NCBI GenBank assembly: GCA_001001555.1
Contig: LCKS01000001.1
Location: forward strand, 82,066-146,065
Length of the DNA stretch: 64,000 nt
Direction: 5' to 3'
Source of the DNA: Candidatus Amesbacteria bacterium GW2011_GWC2_45_19
Lineage (GTDB): Bacteria > Patescibacteriota > Microgenomatia > CAZETR01 > Amesbacteraceae
Shown here piece after piece: positions 17,707-27,549 of the stretch (positions within the stretch are counted from its first letter, which is position 1; every line of letters starts with the position of its first letter). The notes under the pieces were generated by a model. It ran no database searches and was not told the origin of the DNA. It saw nothing but the letters and a program-made list of their open reading frames with translations. The translations under genes and the position numbers were made by a program.

Positions 17707-18905
17707 CCAAAACCATCGCGATTTTGGCAGTTGTTGGTCTGGCTATCCGCTTGGTACTTATCCCCATTACCATGCACGCCGACTTCCGGGCTTATAACCT
17801 GGCTGCCTATCTCATTACCCAAAAAGGCCAGCTCTTGGGTTTTTACGATTATATTAGCCGTCTCCCCCGCACCGATAGAATTTTAGAGGTCTTCATGGAT
17901 GATGGGCTGTTTATTTATCCCCCGCTGGCATATCTCACCCACGCTCTGTTTATGTGGTTATTAAGCCCTTTTTATCCCTGGCAGACTCTCAATACCCTCA
18001 TTTTATATTTTGATCATGTCCGTCCCGATCCGAATTTACCTTGGTTACTGTATTTGCTGAAACTCCCTTATTTAATAACTGACGCTGCCGGATTATTTAT
18101 TCTTCTCAAATTAGTCGACCCCCGGCGCCGGCTTTTGGCCGCATCTTTATGGATTTTTAACCCCGTCACTATTTACTCGGCTTATATGCTGGCCCAGCTT
18201 GATATTTATATTGCCGTGTTTTTACTGCTGGTCTTGCTGGCGGTTGCCCGGGGCCGGTCGCTTTGGGCCGCTGTATTTATTGGTATCGCCGCCGGATTCA
18301 AGCCTTTCCCCCTACTCCTGGCCCCCTTCTTAGGCCAGGGATTATGGGGCAAGGCCAAACACACCGGCCTGGCCTTGCTCACCTATTTGGTCATAATTTC
18401 TCCTTATCTATCGTCGCCCGCTTTCAAACAATACGCCCTGCTGGCCAATCAGACAGAAAAACTCTGGTTTGCCAAAGTCCCCGTTTCCGGCGGCCAATAT
18501 ATTTCCATTTTTTTGTTGGGATTGGTACTTCTGCTGTGGTGGAATTTCTATAAACCCAAAGCTATGTCCCTGGCCGGCTGGATTACTTCTGCGCTATTAC
18601 TCTTTTTTTCCGTAGTCCATTACCATGTCCAATGGTTTACCTGGGTCGTTCCTTCGCTCATCGTTGTCTTAACCACTAAAAAACTTCTCCTGCCGTCGGT
18701 AGTTCTGATGATTTGTTATGCAGTTATCGTTCTCTTGGGCGAACAGACATTATTTTTTGGCCTTTTTGGCAGCAACTTTTCTTTGGCATCCAAATTTACA
18801 TTGATACCAGTCGATCAATTCCTCTCTTTAACTAGATCTGTTTTTGCCGCCACCTCTGTTTATCTGATATGCGCAGATACTTCTCAAAACCGCACCGGCA
18901 AATGA
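17703..18905 (+). CDS. Polytopic membrane protein, DUF2029/GT87-like (PimE/PIG-M-like mannosyltransferase fold)
   Basis: 400 aa; W.FNP....S...AQLD...R....GIAAGFKPFPLL pattern characteristic of DUF2029. Confidence 0.4.
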   Translation: MTKTIAILAVVGLAIRLVLIPITMHADFRAYNLAAYLITQKGQLLGFYDYISRLPRTDRILEVFMDDGLFIYPPLAYLTHALFMWLLSPFYPWQTLNTLILYFDHVRPDPNLPWLLYLLKLPYLITDAAGLFILLKLVDPRRRLLAASLWIFNPVTIYSAYMLAQLDIYIAVFLLLVLLAVARGRSLWAAVFIGIAAGFKPFPLLLAPFLGQGLWGKAKHTGLALLTYLVIISPYLSSPAFKQYALLANQTEKLWFAKVPVSGGQYISIFLLGLVLLLWWNFYKPKAMSLAGWITSALLLFFSVVHYHVQWFTWVVPSLIVVLTTKKLLLPSVVLMICYAVIVLLGEQTLFFGLFGSNFSLASKFTLIPVDQFLSLTRSVFAATSVYLICADTSQNRTGK

Positions 18906-19699
18906 CCACATCAGTAGTTATCTCCAGCTTTAACGGCCAAAAACATCTGGCAAAAAACTTGCCGGCGGTTATGGCTCTGGGAGCCGATGAAGTAGTTATC
19001 GTCGATGACGCTTCCACTGATGACACAGTCCAGTTTCTGACCGCTAAATACCCAGCCGTTAAACTCGTTCGCCACTCCCGTAATCAGCGTTTTCCTATTA
19101 CCGTCAACGATGGTTTTGCCGCCGCTTCGGGTGATATAGTTTTCCTTCTTAACCAGGACGTTAATCCCCAGCCTGATTTAATTAAAAAAACCCTGCCGCA
19201 TTTTTCCAACCCGCGGGTTTTTGCTGTGACCTTTAATGAAGAAGGCCGGTCCTGGGCGGACGGGGGATGGGTTAAAGGTTTTTTGGAATTCAAAAATGGA
19301 AGGCGGGACAATCGCATTCATCAGTCCCTCTGGGCCTCCGGCGGCAGCGCCGCCTTCCGCAAAGCCATTTGGGATCAGTTGGGCGGCTTCGACCCTATTT
19401 TTACGCCCGGTTATTTCGAGGATTTAGACTTGGGGTTGCGGGCCGCGCGGGCCGGCTACAAAATTCTCTGGGTTCCTGCCTGCCGCGTAACCCATACTCC
19501 GGAAACGTCATTTAATAAGGCTTTTTCTCCCCGCCATCTTCAATACTTTAAAGACCGTAATTATCTGCTGGCCATGTGGAAAAATATGCCCCCTGGTCTG
19601 TGGCCGGTTCATCTCACTACTCTTTTCGGCCGCAGCTTGCGCCATCCCGGATTTGTTATTCCCACCGCTTGGGCTTTATGGAAAAAGTTAGCGTCATAA
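18902..19699 (+). CDS. GT2 glycosyltransferase
   Basis: MTTSVVISSFNGQKHL...VVIVDDASTDDT; ATGA overlap with upstream gene. Confidence 0.7.
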   Translation: MTTSVVISSFNGQKHLAKNLPAVMALGADEVVIVDDASTDDTVQFLTAKYPAVKLVRHSRNQRFPITVNDGFAAASGDIVFLLNQDVNPQPDLIKKTLPHFSNPRVFAVTFNEEGRSWADGGWVKGFLEFKNGRRDNRIHQSLWASGGSAAFRKAIWDQLGGFDPIFTPGYFEDLDLGLRAARAGYKILWVPACRVTHTPETSFNKAFSPRHLQYFKDRNYLLAMWKNMPPGLWPVHLTTLFGRSLRHPGFVIPTAWALWKKLAS

Positions 19700-20457
19700 C
19701 CGTCAATTGGAACGTAGCTGAATCATTAGCTCGTTGCCTAAACTCAATTCGGACTACCAAATATCCTAATTTAGAAGTCATAGTTATCGACAACGCTTCT
19801 TCCACCCCCATTCATCCCAAAGGCGTCATCTTTATTCAGAATCAAACTAATATTGGCCTGCCCCGAGCTTGGAACCAAGGTCTAGAACAAGCGACGGGAG
19901 ATTATATTCTAATCCTTAATCCCGACACCCGCCTCTCTGCCGATTTTTTTACTAAATCTATCGCATATCTCAAATCCCATCCCGGCGTGGGCGTGCTCGG
20001 TCCCAAATTTCTCGACCCCGACGGCACTCCCCAGGGTTCTGTTTTCCCCGAGCCGTCTATTATTGCCGCCATCCGTGAATACTGGCTGGGCCAAAAAGGC
20101 CTAACCCAGAAACATACTCCCCTCAACTCACAACCCACAACCGTCTCCTCAATTTCCGGCGCCTGTATGTTCTTGCCCAAATCTACGGTCGTACAAGTGG
20201 GCAAATTTACCGAAAAAGTTTTTATGTATTACGAAGACCTGGACTATTGCCGCCGCCTGCGCCGCGCCGGACTGAAAATAATTTTTCACCCAGGAATCAC
20301 AATTGTTCACGAGCACGGCCAAAGTGCAGCCAAGTCCGGCGGCTCTGCCCAGAAATACCTCCGCGATGCCTCCCTGTGGTACAATGGCCCCATAAAGCAC
20401 TATCTCCTTTGGTTTATTACTTGGACGGGCCAAAAGATACTAAAAATATTAGCGTAA
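19678..20457 (+). CDS. GT2 glycosyltransferase
   Basis: VSVITVNWN...VIVIDNASS...YYEDLDYCRR. Confidence 0.7.
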   Translation: MEKVSVITVNWNVAESLARCLNSIRTTKYPNLEVIVIDNASSTPIHPKGVIFIQNQTNIGLPRAWNQGLEQATGDYILILNPDTRLSADFFTKSIAYLKSHPGVGVLGPKFLDPDGTPQGSVFPEPSIIAAIREYWLGQKGLTQKHTPLNSQPTTVSSISGACMFLPKSTVVQVGKFTEKVFMYYEDLDYCRRLRRAGLKIIFHPGITIVHEHGQSAAKSGGSAQKYLRDASLWYNGPIKHYLLWFITWTGQKILKILA

Positions 20458-20472
20458 GGGTGATGCTGTGCT

Positions 20473-20508
20473 AATCCCGTTTTTTCACGGCCGCGAAAAA
20501 ATGGGATT
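20473..20508. terminator. Extended inverted repeat between convergent genes, candidate bidirectional terminator
   Basis: AATCCCGTTTTTTCACGG|CCGCGAAAAAATGGGATT, ~17-bp arms with one mismatch. Confidence 0.45.
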
Positions 20509-20529
20509 AATGGAGCGTGGGAGTTATCT

Positions 20530-21393
20530 CTAAACTTCTTCTACTAATTCCGGAAGGACCTGGATATAGGCTCTAACTAAATCCCACTTTCCCCACACGG
20601 CCCAGGCGGGAATTCTAATAGCACAGCCAAAAAGTAAAACCAACTTTAGCAGAAACCGTTCAGGAGCCGAATTGTATTTTTTAAACCAATACAGATAACC
20701 ACGCATTTCTCCCAAAAAAGAATTGGCGTAGGTTTTAACGCTTTGGCGAGCCAGATGCACACATTGGGCGCCCGGAAAATAATAGGTATCAAAGCCGGAT
20801 TTTTGGGTGCGGTACATCCATTCGGTTTCCTCTCCATACATATAAAAATTCTCGTCAACCCCCCCGGTTTTTTCGTAGACTCCACGCTTGAGCATCACAA
20901 AAGCCCCCATCACCCAGTCGACTTTTTGTGTGGTAGTAAATCTGGATAGGTCGCGGACGTGGACCGAATCGACGAATTTACGGATAACTGGGAAGTTGTC
21001 AACAAAGATTTGAAACTGAAGAATCCTGCGCAGAGTGGGGAAATATCCCCAGGAAGGTTGTATCGACAGGTCTTCGTTGAGTAGTTGGCAACCTAAAACA
21101 TCGTAATCTAGGGCATAACACTTGGCTAGAGTATCCGGATAGACAAATGCGTCACTGTTAAGAAGCAAAATTTTATCGCCTTTAGCTACTCTCATACCTT
21201 TGTTGTTATTGGCTCCAAATCCCAGGCGGGTGGGATTATTAATTATTTTCACTTTCGGAAAAACCAGTTTATCTTCCGGGGTGTTATTAATTAAAATAGT
21301 CTCAAATTCTATTTCCCGGGATCTATACAAATGCTGCAAACATTTGAACGTGACATCCGGGGTTCCGTGATTTATGATAATTACAGATAGCAT
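20530..21393 (-). CDS. GT2 glycosyltransferase
   Basis: MLSVIIINHGTPDVT...ILINNTPED...NSDAFV; start codon overlaps the divergent GT-C start (CATG). Confidence 0.7.
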   Translation of the reverse strand: MLSVIIINHGTPDVTFKCLQHLYRSREIEFETILINNTPEDKLVFPKVKIINNPTRLGFGANNNKGMRVAKGDKILLLNSDAFVYPDTLAKCYALDYDVLGCQLLNEDLSIQPSWGYFPTLRRILQFQIFVDNFPVIRKFVDSVHVRDLSRFTTTQKVDWVMGAFVMLKRGVYEKTGGVDENFYMYGEETEWMYRTQKSGFDTYYFPGAQCVHLARQSVKTYANSFLGEMRGYLYWFKKYNSAPERFLLKLVLLFGCAIRIPAWAVWGKWDLVRAYIQVLPELVEEV

Positions 21394-22987
21394 GAGCTGG
21401 ATTCTTAGCCTTATTTTAGCACTTAGCCTTATTTTACGCGTTGGGTTGTTGAATCAGGTTCCTCCGGAACTATTTGGTGATGAAGTCGACGTAGGTTACC
21501 AAGCCAGATCGCTCTTGCAAACCGGTCGGGATTTGTACGGCCAGGTATTGCCCACCTATATTCATTCTCTGGCCGAGTGGCGGGCCCCGCTTCTGATGTA
21601 CGCCACCGTTCCCACCATAGCTGTCTTTGACAACTCCGTCCGGGGCGTCCGCCTGCCGGAAGTCATTTTTGGTACTCTTGGCCCCCTGATTCTATTTCTT
21701 TTGGTTTACCAAATTTCGAAATCTTGGAAGTTTGGAGTTTTGGCGTTTTTGGTTATGGCCACCATGCCCTGGCATATTTATTATTCCCGGGCCGCCTTCG
21801 AAGTGGTTCTCATGCTCAACCTGGTCATGTTGGGCACTCTCCTTTTTCTTAAAAAACGTTTTGCACTTTGCACTTTGCACTTTGCACTAGCTATGTACAC
21901 TTACAGTACCGCCGTCCTATTTGTCCCGCTTTGGCTGGTTGTTCTGCACTTTCTTACTAAAACAAAACCCAAAGTTGTTTCCCTGTTATTATTTACGATT
22001 ATTGTTGCTCCATTGATATATCACATCGTCGCCGGCCCGGCCCGCGGCCGGTTTGGAGGTTTAAGTATTTTTAACCAGCAGGAACTGGTGAGAAATATTA
22101 ATGATTTGCGCCAGGAAGACAATAATCCCATCGCGCCCCTTTGGCACAACAAACCGGAAACTTACGCTTCGGCCATTATGGCCAATTACTTAAGAGCCTT
22201 TTCTACCGACTTTTTGTTTATCCGGGGCGATCCCATCTACCGCCACAGTATCCAGATAGTGGGTCAACTGTTAGCTATCTCTTCCCCGTTTGTGCTTCTG
22301 GGTTTGTGGTCCTTAGGCTCAAGGCGGCAATGGCTCTGGTTGTCCTGGCTGATTTTAGCTCCAATTCCGGCTGCCTTAACTGCCGACGGGGGATATCATG
22401 CTACCCGCCTCTTTCTCATGATCCCTCCTCTGGCCGTGGCCACCGGCACCGGTTTACTTTTAGTTCTGCAAAAATTACCCAGGATTTTAAATATCCTGTT
22501 AGTATTACTGTTTACTGTTTACATCGCGTGGCTGGGTCATTATTACGTGGCCCATTACGCCAAATCTTCCTGGCGCTGGTGGCACGTCGGGTTTGAGCAA
22601 GCGATGGTTCAATTAAACAAACTATCTCCTCAATACTCGCGGGTATTTATTAATAATACTTACGAACCGTCTTTAATTAGATTCTTGTTTTGGACCAATT
22701 ATTCTCCTGCCAAGTTTCACCGCCAATTCACTGTCGACCAGCCGCAGGATAACATCGTTCCCAATTACAACGGCTTTTCTCTGGACGGCAAATATTTCTT
22801 TGGCAATTTTAATAAATCAAACTGGACAGAATTTTTACTCCCCAACAGTCTGTATCTTATTTCCCAGCGCGACAATGTCGCCGGGGATTGGGACTGGCGC
22901 CGCACTCCGCCAGATAATATCCGCGTTCTCTTTACCAGCACCAATGCCTATGACCAGCCCGTCCTATATTTGATAACCAAGATATAA
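21392..22987 (+). CDS. GT-C family membrane glycosyltransferase (PMT_2/ArnT-like), paralog 1 of tandem array
   Basis: LFGDEVDVGYQARSLLQTGRD first-loop DE motif, 12+ TM; contains (TTTGCAC)x4. Confidence 0.65.
   Translation: MSWILSLILALSLILRVGLLNQVPPELFGDEVDVGYQARSLLQTGRDLYGQVLPTYIHSLAEWRAPLLMYATVPTIAVFDNSVRGVRLPEVIFGTLGPLILFLLVYQISKSWKFGVLAFLVMATMPWHIYYSRAAFEVVLMLNLVMLGTLLFLKKRFALCTLHFALAMYTYSTAVLFVPLWLVVLHFLTKTKPKVVSLLLFTIIVAPLIYHIVAGPARGRFGGLSIFNQQELVRNINDLRQEDNNPIAPLWHNKPETYASAIMANYLRAFSTDFLFIRGDPIYRHSIQIVGQLLAISSPFVLLGLWSLGSRRQWLWLSWLILAPIPAALTADGGYHATRLFLMIPPLAVATGTGLLLVLQKLPRILNILLVLLFTVYIAWLGHYYVAHYAKSSWRWWHVGFEQAMVQLNKLSPQYSRVFINNTYEPSLIRFLFWTNYSPAKFHRQFTVDQPQDNIVPNYNGFSLDGKYFFGNFNKSNWTEFLLPNSLYLISQRDNVAGDWDWRRTPPDNIRVLFTSTNAYDQPVLYLITKI
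21860..21887 (+). repeat. Heptanucleotide tandem repeat (TTTGCAC)x4 inside GT-C coding sequence
   Basis: Read directly; encodes FALCTLHFAL. Confidence 0.8.
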
Positions 22988-22988
22988 C

Positions 22989-24587
22989 ATGCGCCGTTTA
23001 TTAATTCTGGCCCTGATTATCGGATCGCTCACGCGTCTCTTGTGGATCTCCCGCTATCCGGCCGGATTCACTGCCGACGAAGCAGCTTTTGGCTACAATG
23101 CCTACTCGCTCTTGCTTACCGGCCGTGACGAATGGGGGACTCCCTGGTGGCAATTGTTTTTTACCAACCTCCGTTCCTTTGGGGATTATAAACTTCCCCT
23201 TTACGCTTTCCTGGCCGTTCCCTCCGTTAAAATATTTGGTCTGACTGAATTTGCCGTCCGCCTGCCCAACGCCATTTTTGGCATTCTGGCTATCACAAGC
23301 ATTTACTTACTGGCAAAAAAGTTATACCTCACCTCTCACCCCTCTCCTTTAAAAGGAGAGGGGAACGCAAGGGGTGAGGTACTGGGAGTAACTTCTGCAT
23401 TACTGCTAGCCATCAGCCCCTGGCATATTCAACTGTCCCGGGGTGCCTTTGAAGCCAATCTGGCCACCTTTCTCTTGCCGATGGGGATCTATCTGCTTCT
23501 GGAAAGCCATCCTCTCCTTTCCACCCTCTTTTTTATCGCCTCGGCCTACTCCTATCATTCCGCCAGACTAATATTGCCGTTCATCCTCGTTTTTCTTTTT
23601 ATATACTTCCGGGATAAATTCAAACCCCTATTAATTATTCCTCTTCTGATCTCGCTTTGGGGGCTGACTTCCCCCCGGGTGGCTGACGTAAGCATTTTCA
23701 GCCCTACCGATAACTGGTTAGGAGTAGCCACCCGCCGTTTTGAAGCCCGGGCCCTGGGTCTTCCGGACCAAATAGCCCGCGTTTTTTCCAACAAACTGGT
23801 TTATTCACTTTCTACATTCACCCAAAATTATATTTCCTATTTCTCTCCCAACTTTCTGTTCACCTCCGGGGCCGGCGAATCCTTTTACGGCATGATGCCG
23901 GGCAGGGGAGTGCTTTATTTGATTGAACTGCCAATTTTGATCATGGCCCTAATTTATTTCATCCGTCGGCCATCAAAACTATATTTACTATTACTTTTAC
24001 TATTACTAATCTCCCCTATTCCCGCCGCTTTGGCCAAAGGTCCCGGAGCCGCCGCCAACCGCGCGGCAATCATGCTTCCCTGGCTGGTAATTTTTCTCTC
24101 TACCATTATTGTCCGCCTTCCGCGCAAATGGCTGGCTCTTTTAGCCGGCGCTTACGTTATTAGCTTCGTCTTTTTCGTCGAGGATTATCTATATCATTCC
24201 TCTTATATTACCGCCCCTTCCATGTCTTACGGATGGCGGGAATTGGTGCCGCGCCTCAAGCCTTTTTCCGACCGCTTTTCCGATGTGCGCTTCAGCCGCT
24301 CTCTTTCCGAACCGCATATTTTTGTGGCTTTTTATTCCCGTTTCGATCCCCGGGAGTATCAAAAAGCCGCGGCTTCCTGGCCCCGCCATATCAAGTTTTT
24401 GGACCAGTTTGATGGTTATTATTTGGGTAAATACCGTTTCGGCGACATTCATCCCCAAGATCCGGTAATCACTCCTACACTTTTCATTGGTAAACCGGAG
24501 GATTTTCCCGCCGGTTTTCCCCAATATTTCCAGATTGATTATCCTTCTTCCCGGCCGGCTATCATAGTCGCCCAAAAACTTCCATGA
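22989..24587 (+). CDS. GT-C family membrane glycosyltransferase, paralog 2; carries in-frame palindromic mini-element insertion
   Basis: FTADEAAFGYNAYSLLLTGRDEWG; extra 17 aa (SHPSPLKGEGNARGEVL) relative to paralogs, encoded by nested inverted repeats. Confidence 0.65.
   Translation: MRRLLILALIIGSLTRLLWISRYPAGFTADEAAFGYNAYSLLLTGRDEWGTPWWQLFFTNLRSFGDYKLPLYAFLAVPSVKIFGLTEFAVRLPNAIFGILAITSIYLLAKKLYLTSHPSPLKGEGNARGEVLGVTSALLLAISPWHIQLSRGAFEANLATFLLPMGIYLLLESHPLLSTLFFIASAYSYHSARLILPFILVFLFIYFRDKFKPLLIIPLLISLWGLTSPRVADVSIFSPTDNWLGVATRRFEARALGLPDQIARVFSNKLVYSLSTFTQNYISYFSPNFLFTSGAGESFYGMMPGRGVLYLIELPILIMALIYFIRRPSKLYLLLLLLLLISPIPAALAKGPGAAANRAAIMLPWLVIFLSTIIVRLPRKWLALLAGAYVISFVFFVEDYLYHSSYITAPSMSYGWRELVPRLKPFSDRFSDVRFSRSLSEPHIFVAFYSRFDPREYQKAAASWPRHIKFLDQFDGYYLGKYRFGDIHPQDPVITPTLFIGKPEDFPAGFPQYFQIDYPSSRPAIIVAQKLP
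23326..23380 (+). repeat. Palindromic mini-element (MITE/REPIN-like) inside GT-C coding sequence
   Basis: Inner perfect palindrome CCCCTCTCCTTT-A-AAAGGAGAGGGG (23339..23363); outer arms CTCACCCCT / AGGGGTGAG; preceded by 7-mer periodic CCTCACC TCTCACC CCTCTCC. Confidence 0.65.
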
Positions 24588-26089
24588 AAAAATATATTTT
24601 TATCCTCTTGGTTCTTTTAATTCCCGCATTTTCTCTCATGCTCCGCCCGGGCATTTTTACCATGCATGACTTTCACCCTTTCCGGCAGTATGAATTTTCC
24701 CAATGCGTCGCCGCTAAAACTTTCCCCTGCCGCTGGGCCCCTGATGCCGGCATGGGTTACGGTGAACCGGTATTTAATTTTTACGGCCAATTTCCCTACT
24801 GGGTCGGGCAAATTTTTCACTCTCTGGGGTTACAAATCATTGATTCCGTCAAAGCCAATTTTATTCTGACCATCATAGTTTCGGCTGTCGGCATGTATTT
24901 GCTGGGCAAAAAATATTGGGGAAACTTGGGCGGGATGATCGCGGCCCTGTTTTACATTTATGCGCCTTACCGGGCGGTAGACGTCTGGGTCCGCGGCTCT
25001 CTCAACGAGGCTTACGCTCTGGCTCTATTTCCTTTTATATTTCTCTCGCTGGACAACTTTCTGGACGACCATCAGCCCCGGCACTTATGGTGGCTGGTTT
25101 TCTTTGCCTCCGCACTACTCATAACCCACAACTTATCCGCACTCATGATTGCTCCGTTTCTGGCCATTTGGGTTTTTAAGAAATTCCCCGTGCCCTTCTC
25201 CCGCCTGATTGCCGCGGCAGCCGCCGTTTTTCTCTTGAGTGCTTTTTATTTACTGCCGGTTATTTTTGAAAGCCGGTTAGTCACCCTGAATTTGACTACC
25301 AGCTCCTATTACAATTATCAGCTCCACTGGACTACTCTCAAACAACTCTTTATTTCCCGTTTCTGGGGTTACGGCGGCTCCACCTGGGGCCCCAATGATA
25401 CTATGAGTTTTTCTGTGGGCTACCTGCAATGGCTCGTCCCTCTATTTCTTCTTCTTCGCAAAAAGTCCCTCGCGTTTATCGCTTTTGGCTTCTTTGCCGT
25501 TTTTCTCACTCACGGCAAGTCGGAATTTATCTGGAAACTTTTTCCGCCCCTGGCTTATATCCAATTCCCTTGGCGTTTCCTGGCCGTCTCTACTTTCTTT
25601 TTGTCTCTTTCCTCCGGCGCCATCTCTCAAGTTTTCTCCAAAAAAATTCTAAGTCTCTTAATCATCTTAGTTATCTTAATTAACTTTTCTTTCTTCCGTC
25701 CGGATATTTGGCGCAGCATTGGAGATAAAGAACAATTCTCGGGAGCCTTGTGGGACGAACAGCGCTCTTCCGCTCTTCAGGATTTTTGGCCTAAGACGGC
25801 CAAACAACTTCCCACCGGTTTTGCCCCACGCCTCCCCCAGGTTTTACTTACTACTGACACTTATCAAAAAATCCAATACCCAATTGTTTATTTCCCCGGC
25901 TGGAAATCCCAAGTCGAGCTGTTTCCATCGGGCCCATTGGGCCTCATCACTGCCCGGGTTCCCCTGGGCACTCAAATTAACCTGAAATTTACCAACACCC
26001 CAATCAGAACCATCGGCAACATTACTAGTTTGGTCGCTTTGCTATGTCTCATCTTAAGTGGCTATTACTTATTACCGCGGCGGGTCTAA
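24584..26089 (+). CDS. Large polytopic membrane protein, family B (paralog of 8730..10388)
   Basis: FPCRWAPDAGMGYGEPVFNFY...YAPYRAVDVWVRGSLNE...TNTPIRTIGN. Confidence 0.45.
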   Translation: MKKYIFILLVLLIPAFSLMLRPGIFTMHDFHPFRQYEFSQCVAAKTFPCRWAPDAGMGYGEPVFNFYGQFPYWVGQIFHSLGLQIIDSVKANFILTIIVSAVGMYLLGKKYWGNLGGMIAALFYIYAPYRAVDVWVRGSLNEAYALALFPFIFLSLDNFLDDHQPRHLWWLVFFASALLITHNLSALMIAPFLAIWVFKKFPVPFSRLIAAAAAVFLLSAFYLLPVIFESRLVTLNLTTSSYYNYQLHWTTLKQLFISRFWGYGGSTWGPNDTMSFSVGYLQWLVPLFLLLRKKSLAFIAFGFFAVFLTHGKSEFIWKLFPPLAYIQFPWRFLAVSTFFLSLSSGAISQVFSKKILSLLIILVILINFSFFRPDIWRSIGDKEQFSGALWDEQRSSALQDFWPKTAKQLPTGFAPRLPQVLLTTDTYQKIQYPIVYFPGWKSQVELFPSGPLGLITARVPLGTQINLKFTNTPIRTIGNITSLVALLCLILSGYYLLPRRV

Positions 26090-27549
26090 TTTTACGGCTG
26101 GCTGCCATTAATTTTTTGCCGCCCAGTCTCAACTGGGACGAAGTGTCACTGGGCTACAACGCTTACTCGCTTCTTAAAACCGGCCGGGATGAATGGGGAA
26201 CAGTTCTGCCCACTATTTTTCGCGCTTATGGCGATTACAAATTGCCTGTTTACGTTTATCTGGCCACAGTCATGCCCTTTTTTGTGCGCCTGCCCTCAAT
26301 CATTCTGGGCACCCTGCTCATTGTAATCACCTATCTATTAGGCCGCCGGCTATCTTCTCCGTTCGTGGGCTTGACTTCGGCTTTGCTGGTAGCCATCTCT
26401 CCCTGGACCTGGTGGATGTCCCGCATCGCATTGGAAGCCAATGTGGGGGTCTTGCTCATTGTCGTAGGTGTCTACTGTCTACTAATCCGTAAACTTAACT
26501 TGGGAATTCTCTTTTTGGGACTGTCAGTTTGGGCTTACAACTCCGCCCGTGTTTTCTCCCCCCTATTTTTATCCGCTTATTTTTTGATTTATCGTCCCAA
26601 ATTATCTATTGTCTCCTATTCTCTAATTTCTATTTTCCTCATCCCTATGATTATTCAGCTCTTGTCTCCGGTTGGTCAAGCCCGCCTCAACTGGCTGACT
26701 CTTTTGGATTCTGGAGCTATTTCCCGCATAGAGAACCTGCAAACCACCCGCCCCGGCGGCCGTCTGCTGTACAACAAGGCCACTTATTTTACCTACCGTT
26801 TCGTTCAAAATTACATCAGTTACTTTTCTCCCAATTTCTTATTTCTCAAGGGAGGAAACCATTATCAATTCAGCGTCCAAAACTTCGGCCTTCTTTATCT
26901 AATCTGTTTGCCATTTTTTTACATTGGGATTTTGAATTTATTTGGATCTTCGAATTTTAAATTTAGAATTTTACTTCTCATATGGCTCTTGTTGGCCCCA
27001 ATTGCTGGTAGTTTGACCCGTGACGCGCCTCATGTCTTACGCGCTGTCCCCCTGCTTCCTTTACCCATGCTGCTTATCTCCCTCGGCCTGGACCGTTTCG
27101 GCCGTAACGTTAAAGCCTTTTTCTTCACGGGTCTCCTAATATCTATTATCTACTATCTAGTATCCGCGAATAGTTACCGTAGTAACTATTCGCAATCTTG
27201 GCAATATGGTTATTCCCAGGTAGTTCAATTTATTAAACCCCGGTACTCCCAATACGACCAAATCGTTTTTACCAAAAAGTATGGGGAGCCTCACGAATTC
27301 GTGGCTTATTTCTGGCCCTGGGATCCCGCTGACTTTGCCAAAAATAAATCCTGGGACTACCACGCCAATTGGTATTGGGTAAACGCTTTGGATAAGATAA
27401 AGTTCGTAAACGATTGGGAGATTAAAAACATGGCCTTTAAACCGAACACTTTGGTTATTTCCAGTCCCGAAAGTGAAATTGCCGGCCGCGAGATAACCAG
27501 AATTAATTTTCTCGACGGCCAACCCGCCTTTATCATTTATGAGAAATAG
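26044..27549 (+). CDS. GT-C family membrane glycosyltransferase, paralog 3
   Basis: LNWDEVSLGYNAYSLLKTGRDEWG; shares exact 22-nt string CTATTCTCTAATTTCTATTTTC (26616..26637) with 2816..2837. Confidence 0.65.
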   Translation: MSHLKWLLLITAAGLILRLAAINFLPPSLNWDEVSLGYNAYSLLKTGRDEWGTVLPTIFRAYGDYKLPVYVYLATVMPFFVRLPSIILGTLLIVITYLLGRRLSSPFVGLTSALLVAISPWTWWMSRIALEANVGVLLIVVGVYCLLIRKLNLGILFLGLSVWAYNSARVFSPLFLSAYFLIYRPKLSIVSYSLISIFLIPMIIQLLSPVGQARLNWLTLLDSGAISRIENLQTTRPGGRLLYNKATYFTYRFVQNYISYFSPNFLFLKGGNHYQFSVQNFGLLYLICLPFFYIGILNLFGSSNFKFRILLLIWLLLAPIAGSLTRDAPHVLRAVPLLPLPMLLISLGLDRFGRNVKAFFFTGLLISIIYYLVSANSYRSNYSQSWQYGYSQVVQFIKPRYSQYDQIVFTKKYGEPHEFVAYFWPWDPADFAKNKSWDYHANWYWVNALDKIKFVNDWEIKNMAFKPNTLVISSPESEIAGREITRINFLDGQPAFIIYEK

